A stretch of 63,567 bases of DNA, filler included, from an uncultured archaeon (GTDB lineage Archaea; Nanobdellota; Nanobdellia; Woesearchaeales; CAIVOO01): assembly GCA_903842985.1 (NCBI GenBank). It is 6 parts of 6 records of this genome, joined end to end, with 100 filler letters (N's around TTAATTAATTAA, not from the genome) between each part and the next. Parts side by side here need not be neighbours in the genome. Positions count along the whole stretch, not along the records: positions 29,547 to 44,442 come from CAIMOB010000014.1; positions 44,543 to 46,125 come from CAIMOB010000016.1; positions 46,226 to 48,017 come from CAIMOB010000017.1; positions 48,118 to 49,994 come from CAIMOB010000018.1; 2 more parts are not named here. One strand, 5' to 3'. Positions 39,613-48,170 of this stretch are shown one piece after another; position 1 is the first letter of the stretch, and every line of letters starts with the position of its first letter. The position numbers and the translations under genes are program-made. The notes beneath the pieces were generated by a model that saw only the letters and a list, made by a program, of their open reading frames with translations, did not search any database and was not told the DNA's origin.

Positions 39613-40252
39613 CCCTCTGCCCCACTATCATTTCCCTGGGCACAGCTCCGCGGTACTTTTCCAGCTCCATGTGAAGTGCATCTACAAGCCCATAGGGGAT
39701 TTCATCTGGCCTGTGGACCTTAATGATTCCAAGTATCCTTACATCCTCTGCCTTGTAATTTTTGTTGAAATCATCCAAAATGCAGTTGAGTTTTTTCTTT
39801 GTTTCCACCCAGGTGTCAGGGAATACGCTTGTTATCTGGAATTCGGGGCCGAGCGTCTCTGTAAAACCCCCTTTGTTGTTCGGCCTTACTTTGTTGTTCG
39901 ACCTTACCATATCCCTTGCCTTGTTGAATATGTAAAAATAACGAGAATCCTCAAAAACATTAAGCGGCAGCAATTTTTTCTTGAGTTCAAGATAAAGAAT
40001 GTTCACGGGCTCGTTGTCATGTTTCAGGACTTCCTTGGCAAGCAGGTCATTGCAGTACTTCCTTAGTGTTTCTGTAAGTCCAGGATCATCTTGCTGGGCA
40101 AGTTTTTTCAGAAAAAGCGACGGGTTTTTTCTTATGGAATCCAGTGCATAGTACACAGAACTATCTGCAAATTTCTTATCTATACTTTCTACTATTCCTA
40201 ATCTCTTTTCAAGGTTTACTTCGCTCATTTTCTCTGTATATGCTGTATCCAC
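39584..40252 (-). CDS. Hypothetical protein with degenerate GGDEF-like domain
   Basis: LAQQDDPGL..RKY..EPVNILYLEL..LGPEFQITSVFPDT..ILGI..LVDALHMEL pattern. The domain call is tentative. Confidence 0.6.
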   Translation of the reverse strand: MDTAYTEKMSEVNLEKRLGIVESIDKKFADSSVYYALDSIRKNPSLFLKKLAQQDDPGLTETLRKYCNDLLAKEVLKHDNEPVNILYLELKKKLLPLNVFEDSRYFYIFNKARDMVRSNNKVRPNNKGGFTETLGPEFQITSVFPDTWVETKKKLNCILDDFNKNYKAEDVRILGIIKVHRPDEIPYGLVDALHMELEKYRGAVPREMIVGQRDDKTDDRVY

Positions 40253-40620
40253 ATCAATCCTATCTTGTACATCGCCTTGTTAAATTTGTCAGAGATTATG
40301 TACTGCTTCTTGTACATATCATAGTCAATCATGCCCATGCCCTTCATCGGCGTCAAAATCCTGTCGTAAAACTGCCTTTTGTTGTAGGAAACTTTTGTCT
40401 TTTCCTTTTTCTTGAACATGCCCTCGCCCTTCTCAACCTCGACAACAACTCCATCGTGGAGCTGGGTGGCAAAGACAGACATCTCTGTCTTGCCCATCAT
40501 GCCCTCTGTTGACTTCATCTGGCTGATGAGCATCTTAGCCACCAATGCCTGCTGTTCCGTGGCAAAAACCACGTCAAAGACATTTTCGGGCATATGAAAC
40601 ATGTCGAATAGTACTACCAT
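40225..40620 (-). CDS. Hypothetical protein, possible winged helix
   Basis: YNKRQFYDRILTPMKGMGMIDYD helix-wing pattern; own TATA upstream. Confidence 0.65.
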   Translation of the reverse strand: MVVLFDMFHMPENVFDVVFATEQQALVAKMLISQMKSTEGMMGKTEMSVFATQLHDGVVVEVEKGEGMFKKKEKTKVSYNKRQFYDRILTPMKGMGMIDYDMYKKQYIISDKFNKAMYKIGLMWIQHIQRK

Positions 40621-40722
40621 TCTGGAATAATAAGAATTACACTACCAGTATATAAATGTTACGTTTTAGTATACTGGGGTACTATTTGGGTAAATTATAT
40701 ATAAATTATATATGAAGAATAC

Positions 40723-41001
40723 TCATCCCATCTTGATTTCATACTTCTGCCCCTTGTAATTAAGCCCAAGGCTGTCTTCAGAACACCAGTCTTTTTCTAC
40801 AGCAACACTGCTGTCATTAATCACAACCTTGCTAATGTATCCGTAAACCGGCTCCATGTAAATTATTTTTCCAGGACCCATGTGCGCTGTCAGGTGCAAA
40901 CTTGGCCCGTTTATTTCAACTGGAAGCTCTGACAATATTTTTTCAAGATTTTTCGCGCTGCATCTCCGGTCTGGCTGTATCTGTATGTTTTCTGTTTTCA
41001 T
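40723..41001 (-). CDS. Hypothetical protein
   Basis: MKTENIQ..., TTTATAAA upstream. Confidence 0.5.
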   Translation of the reverse strand: MKTENIQIQPDRRCSAKNLEKILSELPVEINGPSLHLTAHMGPGKIIYMEPVYGYISKVVINDSSVAVEKDWCSEDSLGLNYKGQKYEIKMG

Positions 41002-41099
41002 AATCCCGCAGGTTTTTTGCCGGTTTATAAAGTTTGCGAGTGACTGCTGGCTGAAACTATAACTGTTATGCAAATTTTTATGAAAGAAAAAGTCAATAT

Positions 41100-41558
41100 T
41101 TATGGCAGCTTTGACTGCCAAAGGCATCTTGCAGGCGATTGATAGCTCATCTCCCTGCCTGTTTCAATTTTGGAGACAATCTTCGTGTTATTTATGATCA
41201 GGCACACTTCATAATAACCATCTGCACCGGAAGCAGCCATGCCGCCCCTGATTTCCTGGAAATAGAATGGCGTCGGCTCCTTTGAATGGTCATCATCTTC
41301 AAAATAAGTGCCTGTCATCTCCCACTGCCCGTAGGGCATCTCCTGCAGGCATCTTACATTTTGCACGTTTAATTCATCTGCAGTAATATTTGCATCATTT
41401 AAAATAAAATAAAGCGAATTTTCGTAGCATTCAATCTTATCTTCATCGAGTTTTATGTAACTGGATTTTTGCGGCAGCAGGCATTTTATTAAAATTGCAG
41501 CCAGCAAAGCCATTATGACTATTCCTGCAACAATGAACAGAATTTTTCTGTTTTTCAT
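41100..41558 (-). CDS. Hypothetical exported or membrane-anchored protein
   Basis: N-terminal basic and hydrophobic signal; coupled to the upstream gene. Confidence 0.6.
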   Translation of the reverse strand: MKNRKILFIVAGIVIMALLAAILIKCLLPQKSSYIKLDEDKIECYENSLYFILNDANITADELNVQNVRCLQEMPYGQWEMTGTYFEDDDHSKEPTPFYFQEIRGGMAASGADGYYEVCLIINNTKIVSKIETGREMSYQSPARCLWQSKLP

Positions 41559-41797
41559 GTGTCAGTCTGTGTTTTCTCAGCCTCCAGCACAATATTATCA
41601 AGAAACTCCTTCTGGCGCAGTAATCTTTCCATACAGCCGGGCATTGTTTTCTTAATATCCTGTTTCAGCAGCACTCTGTAGCGAACCTGAATATATGTCC
41701 AGGATTCGTGATGCGCAAGCAAAAGTTCCTTTGCTCTCTCAAGATTCCCCTGCTCAAAGGCAATCTGATACTCCTCTGCAACCTTTAGGTAGCCCAT
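41555..41797 (-). CDS. Hypothetical protein
   Basis: Starts immediately after the XPD stop codon. Confidence 0.55.
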   Translation of the reverse strand: MGYLKVAEEYQIAFEQGNLERAKELLLAHHESWTYIQVRYRVLLKQDIKKTMPGCMERLLRQKEFLDNIVLEAEKTQTDT

Positions 41798-41798
41798 C

Positions 41799-43664
41799 TT
41801 ACCTGAAGAAGTTTCTTATCTCGCTTATATAATTTTTGCTTACAGTATATTCTGTGTCAGAAGGCAGGCACTGCCTGTAGAATGGAGTGTTGTATCTTTT
41901 GTCGAGCAGAATCAGCACACCCTTGTCTGTCTCGCTTCTTATGCACCTTCCTGTTGCCTGCACAGCTTTATTGATTGCCGGAAAGAAATATCCGTAATAT
42001 TTCCCGATGCCCCCAAATTTTTCCTCATAATACTTGAGAAGCTCCCTCAGCTCCAAATCAGGCGGATTTAAAGGAACGCCTACGACAACAACGCATTTCA
42101 AAACTCCGGGCAGATCAATGCCCTCGCCGAAGCTCCCTGAGAAGACATTCAGCAGGACAGCCTCCTTGTAGCTTGTGAATTTCTCAAGGAAGTTCTTTTT
42201 CTCCTCCTTTGTCATCTTCGACTCCCTGAAGGTTGTTTTCCTGCAGAGCTTTGAAAAATAATTGTCAACATCATCCCTGAACCTGTAGCTTGGGAAATAA
42301 AAAGCAGAATGCCCTGGCACAGTGTTTGCGATTTCAGCGCAGATTCTTGCGATTTCCGAATACATCGCAGGGCTTCTCTCGCTCTGGAGCGACGTTGTCA
42401 TTGGGATTATTAAATTTAACTTGTTCTGCTCAGGGAACGGGTTCTCAAACTCGCCTTCCTCGCATTTTTCAAGCCCGAGCAAATCCCTGTACATTGCAGT
42501 GGGCTTTAATGTTCCGCTCATAACGATTGTTGAATGCGCTTTTTCAAACACAGGCCCTGTAACAATCGAGGCGTCCAGGCATTTGTATGACAGAGTCAGC
42601 ACCGGCCTGTTTTTTATCCTTCTGCTGCCTATGATTCTTGTAAACCCGTCGTCAGGGCCTCTCCAGGACTCCAAGAATTTTGAGACTCCGCCGATGAACG
42701 AGCGCTTCTGCCTCAGCCTTACTGTATCTGCGATGAAATCAAGGTCAGCAATTATCTTGTCGTAATCATTTATCTTGTTTATTCTGCTGACGAAATCATT
42801 TTTTTCAATCAGCACCTCATATATATTTTGTTCAGGCTCAAGCTCCTGGCTTAGTTCCTCAAGAACTTTCTTTATCCCGCCAAGAAGCTCAATGGTCTCG
42901 TCAAAGTTGTATTTTTTTGCCTCTGCAATTGCCCTGTCAATGGTGATGCTTGTGAGCCTCTCAGAGACAAGGTCCCTCATTCTGTCAGAAAGATTGTGGC
43001 CCTCGTCAATAATAAGTATGCATTTCTCAAGCTCGATGCCTGCTTTTCCGAAAAATGCCTTCCTGATGTTTTCGTTGAACACATAGTTATAGTCGGAAAC
43101 AATAACAGCGGAGTCCTTTGCGAGATTGATTGCAAGCTCATAGGGGCATACCTTGCTCTGCCTGCACCTCTCAATTATCTTTTCTGTGTGGCACGGGCTC
43201 AGGAATTTTATATCTGCCAGGACTTTCTTTCCCTGCACGCTCAATGCATTGCTGTCCCTTGAATTTTCGTAAAATTCGCAGCTTCCGCCCTCCCTCAATG
43301 ACTTGCAGTACTCTGCGAACTCAAACGAATGCAGACCCTCGACAGCCGGCTGGAGGCACATGCCCCTTTTCCCGATTATGTCTGCTGCGACAAACCTTGT
43401 TCCGTACTTTTCCTTTATCATGCTCAGCGTCTCAATCGCAATCAGGTGCTGGGTATGCCTTGATGTGAGGAAAAAAACCTTAAGGTTGTTGTCGAGCGCG
43501 TACTTCAGCACAGGCGAAAGGACAGCAGAGGTTTTTCCAAGCCCGGTTGGCGCGTGAATAATCATGTTTTTTCTTTCCTTTACAGAATTCACCACCATTT
43601 CAATTAACTTGTCCTGCTTCTCCCTGACTTTTTCATGCGGAAAAAGAAATTCTTCTGCCTTCAT
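41799..43664 (-). CDS. xpd: XPD/Rad3/DinG-family Fe-S helicase
   Basis: APTGLGKT, Fe-S cysteines (MC, YC, SC, VCPYE), IIDEGHN, SGT, EGID, QATGRCIRSETDKG. Confidence 0.92.
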   Translation of the reverse strand: MKAEEFLFPHEKVREKQDKLIEMVVNSVKERKNMIIHAPTGLGKTSAVLSPVLKYALDNNLKVFFLTSRHTQHLIAIETLSMIKEKYGTRFVAADIIGKRGMCLQPAVEGLHSFEFAEYCKSLREGGSCEFYENSRDSNALSVQGKKVLADIKFLSPCHTEKIIERCRQSKVCPYELAINLAKDSAVIVSDYNYVFNENIRKAFFGKAGIELEKCILIIDEGHNLSDRMRDLVSERLTSITIDRAIAEAKKYNFDETIELLGGIKKVLEELSQELEPEQNIYEVLIEKNDFVSRINKINDYDKIIADLDFIADTVRLRQKRSFIGGVSKFLESWRGPDDGFTRIIGSRRIKNRPVLTLSYKCLDASIVTGPVFEKAHSTIVMSGTLKPTAMYRDLLGLEKCEEGEFENPFPEQNKLNLIIPMTTSLQSERSPAMYSEIARICAEIANTVPGHSAFYFPSYRFRDDVDNYFSKLCRKTTFRESKMTKEEKKNFLEKFTSYKEAVLLNVFSGSFGEGIDLPGVLKCVVVVGVPLNPPDLELRELLKYYEEKFGGIGKYYGYFFPAINKAVQATGRCIRSETDKGVLILLDKRYNTPFYRQCLPSDTEYTVSKNYISEIRNFFR

Positions 43665-43792
43665 AGGCAGAAAAAATAGAAAGACTTATAAAAAGCTTTG
43701 TATATTCTGTAAAGTATATATGGCAAACGATAAATATTTAAAAATAACTACCATTAACTATAGGTTGTAAGACACATTTGGGGGTTTTATCA

Positions 43793-44059
43793 ATGGACAA
43801 AAAGATTTACAATGTTTTTTTTAGGGAGAAACCGTCACAGATGCTCATAAATCTGAAAAATTGCAAATCAGGTGTTTACGCTTCTTCGCTTGCAAAATCC
43901 GTCGACTGCACATACAGCCACGTAGTTAAAATCCTGCAGATAATGGAGAAATCAAAGCTTGTCAGTTTCGAGAAGCAGGGAAGACTGAAACTTCTTACAT
44001 TGACAAGAAGCGGACAGGACATTGCAGAAAAAATGGAGTCAATCAAGGGGCTTTTGTAA
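43793..44059 (+). CDS. Winged-HTH (MarR-like) transcriptional regulator
   Basis: ASSLAKSVDCTYSHVVKIL..EKQGRLKLLTLT..G. Confidence 0.82.
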   Translation: MDKKIYNVFFREKPSQMLINLKNCKSGVYASSLAKSVDCTYSHVVKILQIMEKSKLVSFEKQGRLKLLTLTRSGQDIAEKMESIKGLL

Positions 44060-44441
44060 ATTTCTTAAGAACTTCTTCGGCAACCTTGATAAAATTCTCT
44101 TCGTTCTCCCTTGAAATTATCGCGCCTGCAGCAAGCTTATGGCCGCCTGCCTCTCCGCCTGCCTTCGCAGTTATCTCCTTTACAATGTCCCTAAGGTCGA
44201 TTCCAACGTCAGTGACAATCCTGAGGGAAACCTTTGTGAAGTCGGCGCTTCTCGCCATAGTCATTATCAATGTTCCTTTCTCGTAATTGCCTGATTTTGA
44301 GAGGATTGAGCCAAGTGTTCCTGCGATTGTTGAGAGTATGTTGTTCTCTGCATTGATTATCATGTATTTATCTCCTTTGATAAACGAATCCAGGTTTCCG
44401 TTGAACCACGCCAGCGCGCCTGTTATTTCCTTCTTGTAAAT
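44043..44441 (-). CDS. DHHA1 C-terminus of a RecJ/GAN-like DHH protein, 5'-partial
   Basis: KVSLR, GGEAGGHKLAAGA; truncated by a gap. Confidence 0.85.
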   Translation of the reverse strand: MYKKEITGALAWFNGNLDSFIKGDKYMIINAENNILSTIAGTLGSILSKSGNYEKGTLIMTMARSADFTKVSLRIVTDVGIDLRDIVKEITAKAGGEAGGHKLAAGAIISRENEENFIKVAEEVLKKFTKAP

Positions 44442-44442
44442 C

Positions 44443-44542
44443 NNNNNNNNNNNNNNNNNNNNNNNNNNNNNNNNNNNNNNNNNNNNTTAATTAATTAANN
44501 NNNNNNNNNNNNNNNNNNNNNNNNNNNNNNNNNNNNNNNNNN
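44443..44542. other. Artificial contig spacer
   Basis: N-TTAATTAATTAA-N. Confidence 0.97.
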
Positions 44543-44710
44543 TCATTGCGAGCGAAGCACGGTATTCTCAGGGATATGGGGAACTTACTCAGAATTGTAA
44601 ACTGGAATGATGTGTTATAATTGTTATTCCACGAATGCTTGAGCAGCACCTCAAACCGGGGACTATTGTCCAGCTGGGAATAGACGTGCTTGAGTTGGGG
44701 GAGACTAAAA

Positions 44711-46003
44711 ATGAATACTAGGCTCGTATGGGATGTTGCGAATGGAGATGAGAGCATACTTATAGACCATCAATCTTTATTTGAAAATCCTGAGGCGCTG
44801 CTTATGTTTCCACGCCGAAGTGCTTCGGATATGCTATCTATTCAGGGAACAATTTTGCAGGTTCTTGATGAACGGGGCTGGCAGCTTGGAGGCAAGGTAA
44901 ATGAAGGATGCACAAGAGATGTCTGGTCGGCGTATAAAACGGGAAATCCCCCATATCACGAAGACCGGGCCATGCTAAAGATACCAAAAAAAGAAGCGAA
45001 TGAATTATCAGTATGCACAATGATTAACCGTTCAAAAAAAGACCTTGAGGAACAAGAAAGAAATATCCTTACAAGCCTTGAACATCCGAACATAATCAAG
45101 ATCAGAGATTTTTTTCAAGCAAGGGATGGGAGAAAACTGGTTATTGAAGAAGATGCACAAGGTCTGGACTTGGAAAAAATCATAGAACAGGGCGGGCCAA
45201 TAAGGGACGACATAAGCATAAACCAAATTTTTGGGCAGTTTTTAGACGCGATTAATTATCTTAATATTGAAAGACGTGTATTGCATAGAGACCTGAAGCC
45301 TGCTAATGTGCTTATTGGCGGGAATGTCAGACTAAAGCTAACTGATTTTCAGAATTCTGCAAGAATTTCGGATGTTCGAGAACTCCTTATGCCAACAAGA
45401 GGCGGGACACAACATACCTACATAGACTTACTGAACTCTCTAGTGGGCGGAAAGCTTTCTAAAGCTACCCAAAGAACAGAGGTTTATTCTTTTGGCTCTA
45501 CTATGTATCATGCGCTCACGGGCCAGGATGCATTTAGATACAGAATTGTTAAGGATGATTCTGGAAAAGAGATTAAAATATGGCTCGGCAAGCCGGGGGA
45601 TGAGGAAAAAATAGCTGGAGATTTATTCACGACCAATGAGGACTTGAAAAGATTTTACAAAACAATCGGAGTCAGTTTGAAAGATGATGAAAGAACTCTT
45701 GATAGCATAACTCCTGAATACCATGAGGCAAGATTAGAAGAGGCACTAAAACGAGCTCCAGGAAAATACCAAGAATTCTTGAGAAGATGTATGACGAGCT
45801 GCCCAAAAGGGTGTTTTAGTGATGCTTCTGAAGCCAGAGATTATTTCAGAGAAATGATGGGGATGGTTCCCAATCAATACAAATTTGAAACAGTAAGAAA
45901 TCCTACGTCGGGGCAATTAGCAGAGGCAGTTCCAGTTTCAAAAGCACCTCTGAATTCGGTGATACTGACATATATGATTCTGAGCAATGCTGAAAAGAAA
46001 TAA
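44711..46003 (+). CDS. Hanks-type Ser/Thr protein kinase
   Basis: AMLK, E..IL.SLEHPNIIK, LHRDLKPANVL, KLTDFQ, EVYSFG..MYHALTG. Confidence 0.88.
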   Translation: MNTRLVWDVANGDESILIDHQSLFENPEALLMFPRRSASDMLSIQGTILQVLDERGWQLGGKVNEGCTRDVWSAYKTGNPPYHEDRAMLKIPKKEANELSVCTMINRSKKDLEEQERNILTSLEHPNIIKIRDFFQARDGRKLVIEEDAQGLDLEKIIEQGGPIRDDISINQIFGQFLDAINYLNIERRVLHRDLKPANVLIGGNVRLKLTDFQNSARISDVRELLMPTRGGTQHTYIDLLNSLVGGKLSKATQRTEVYSFGSTMYHALTGQDAFRYRIVKDDSGKEIKIWLGKPGDEEKIAGDLFTTNEDLKRFYKTIGVSLKDDERTLDSITPEYHEARLEEALKRAPGKYQEFLRRCMTSCPKGCFSDASEARDYFREMMGMVPNQYKFETVRNPTSGQLAEAVPVSKAPLNSVILTYMILSNAEKK

Positions 46004-46125
46004 TCACTTCTTCTCCTTATTCTTCTGAGAAATGAATAATCCTATTAACGGCGAGCTCGCAAGATAGAATCCGCGTATCGCACAAGTCAAATTGTGGTTT
46101 ATTATCACTTCGTCGCCTTTTTTCA

Positions 46126-46225
46126 NNNNNNNNNNNNNNNNNNNNNNNNNNNNNNNNNNNNNNNNNNNNTTAATTAATTAANNNNNNNNNNNNNNNNNNN
46201 NNNNNNNNNNNNNNNNNNNNNNNNN
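46126..46225. other. Artificial contig spacer
   Basis: N-TTAATTAATTAA-N. Confidence 0.97.
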
Positions 46226-46253
46226 AGTAATTTTAAATTATTTTTTAAGGAGA

Positions 46254-47360
46254 TTATTTGTTTTTTATCATTTCTATAATTTTTTCTACATTCATTATAA
46301 CTCTTTCTGAAGTTTCCATAAATCCCTTAATTTCTTTTTCTTGCCTTTCTTTCAAGCTTTCAAATCCATAACTCCGCGATGACCCTGATTCGCTGTCTTT
46401 GTTTTTTTCATTCATTTTTTCGTTTTCAATGCATAAATTCCTGTATGATCTGTCGCGCACATTTTCTGCCAACTTAACGTCGCTTCTTTTAAATATTCTG
46501 TCTAAGAATGAATAACCTAGCATTCCTTTTTCAAGCCTTTTCCAACTATTAACTTCAATCGGCAGAACCCGCTTTATTTCTTCCTCTTTCATGCCTCTTT
46601 CTCTCATGAACATTGTCCTTAACCCTTTGAATATTTCGACTTCCTTTTTGTCATCCTGCTCAAGCAGTTCCTTGTCAAAACTGAGCCCTGGGTTTTCAGG
46701 TGAGCTTCTCAGGCAAATGACTGCAATGGTCTCTGCCATGTTCTTTTTGTCAGCAATCCTTACTTTATTGCTGTAAAAATTCATCCATAGGAAATCTTCA
46801 TATCTTCTTGCAATTTTCTTGCCATTAATTCCAAGCATTGTTGAGTGTTTGAAAAACTCAGCCAGGCCTGCAACTGCATCATACATTGCAAGCATGTTAA
46901 TTACAACAGCATCTTTGGTTGTGTACCCGTCTTTCGACTTAAATGGGTATGGCTCTTTTGGAAGCAGTTCAACAATCTTCTCTGTGAATGGAATCAGATG
47001 AGGGAGGTACGCTTCTTCTGCGCCTTTTTTCAGCGGATTTCCCAGGATTTTCAGTTTGTCTATCTCAACAAGTATGTCAACAATTTCCCCTGCTTTCTGG
47101 CAGTCTTGTTCTTTGATTTCATTGTTTTTAAGAAGCTCATCAAGATACACATTTTTGTAAAAATCCGCAAAATTAGCAGAACGCCCCGGCTCAACGCTCC
47201 TTAAAACATTTATCGAAGTTAATGCGTTGTAAGAGCTGATTGTAAAAACCAGATTATCTTTTCTCAGCGCAGAATAATCATCCTTGGATAAAAATGAGTT
47301 TGCAGCAGTCAGTACCCCTGCAAGAACTTTCGCTTTGGTATAAATGGTTGGATCTGGCAT
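46254..47360 (-). CDS. Hypothetical protein
   Basis: 368-aa ORF with upstream TTTAAATA box; no recognised motif. Confidence 0.7.
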   Translation of the reverse strand: MPDPTIYTKAKVLAGVLTAANSFLSKDDYSALRKDNLVFTISSYNALTSINVLRSVEPGRSANFADFYKNVYLDELLKNNEIKEQDCQKAGEIVDILVEIDKLKILGNPLKKGAEEAYLPHLIPFTEKIVELLPKEPYPFKSKDGYTTKDAVVINMLAMYDAVAGLAEFFKHSTMLGINGKKIARRYEDFLWMNFYSNKVRIADKKNMAETIAVICLRSSPENPGLSFDKELLEQDDKKEVEIFKGLRTMFMRERGMKEEEIKRVLPIEVNSWKRLEKGMLGYSFLDRIFKRSDVKLAENVRDRSYRNLCIENEKMNEKNKDSESGSSRSYGFESLKERQEKEIKGFMETSERVIMNVEKIIEMIKNK

Positions 47361-47459
47361 TTGTCATAAAAAGAAAAAACCACTATTTAAATCTTTCTGT
47401 TTTTATCATTTAAAAGTAACAAAAAACATTTATATACTATGCACTTAAAAATATTATTG

Positions 47460-48017
47460 ATGCAGCTTTCACTATCTAAAAAACCAAAAAATCCCACAAT
47501 AATAGTCGGTTTCCCGGGATTCGGGCTTGTGGGCAACATTGTGACAGAGTTCCTGATTGAGCATCTCAACACAGAGCAGATTGGGAGCATAAGGGTTGAG
47601 GAAACAACGCCGCTTATTGCTGTGCACGAAGGCAAGGTTGTTGAGCCAATTGGAATAAGCTACGACAAGAAAAACAACATCATACTTCTTCATGTGATAA
47701 CAAGCTCTGCAGGAATCGAATGGCAGCTTACTCAGCAGATACTGAAGCTTGCAGAGGAGCTTGGCGCAAAGGAAATCCTTAGTTTTGAAGGCGTTGTCTC
47801 GCAGGATACTAGTAAGGAGACAGAGTCATTTTACTTTACAAACAACAAAATATGCGAGGAAAAGTTCAAGAAGGCAAAGATAGAAAAGCTCAATGAAGGG
47901 ATAGTTGTAGGGGTTACAGGCGCGCTTCTGCTTGAGAAAAAACAGCCGATTTCTGCAATTTTTGTTGAAACGCATTCAAACATGCCAGACAGCAAGGCAG
48001 CTGCAAAAGCTGTCGAG
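47460..48017 (+). CDS. PAC2-family proteasome assembly chaperone, 3'-partial
   Basis: GFPGFGLVGNI, GVTGALL, PDSKAAA. Confidence 0.88.
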
Positions 48018-48117
48018 NNNNNNNNNNNNNNNNNNNNNNNNNNNNNNNNNNNNNNNNNNNNTTAATTAATTAANNNNNNNNNNNNNNNNNNNNNNNNNNN
48101 NNNNNNNNNNNNNNNNN
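48018..48117. other. Artificial contig spacer
   Basis: N-TTAATTAATTAA-N. Confidence 0.97.
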
Positions 48118-48143
48118 CGGGGGTTCAAATCCCCCTCGCCTCA
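48118..48143 (+). tRNA. 3' fragment of a tRNA (T arm and acceptor strand), isotype unknown
   Basis: GGGGG-TTCAAAT-CCCCC-TCGCCTC-A followed by a T-tract; the 5' part is lost in the gap. Confidence 0.75.
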
Positions 48144-48170
48144 CTTTTTTATTTTTTCTGCAAATATTTT

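Noticed and set aside
44635..44721. 28-aa ORF MLEQHLKPGTIVQLG... as a frameshifted kinase N-terminus
   Set aside because: It would join via an A5 run, but ATG 44711 has its own purine-rich Shine-Dalgarno-like sequence. Cannot be decided without reads.
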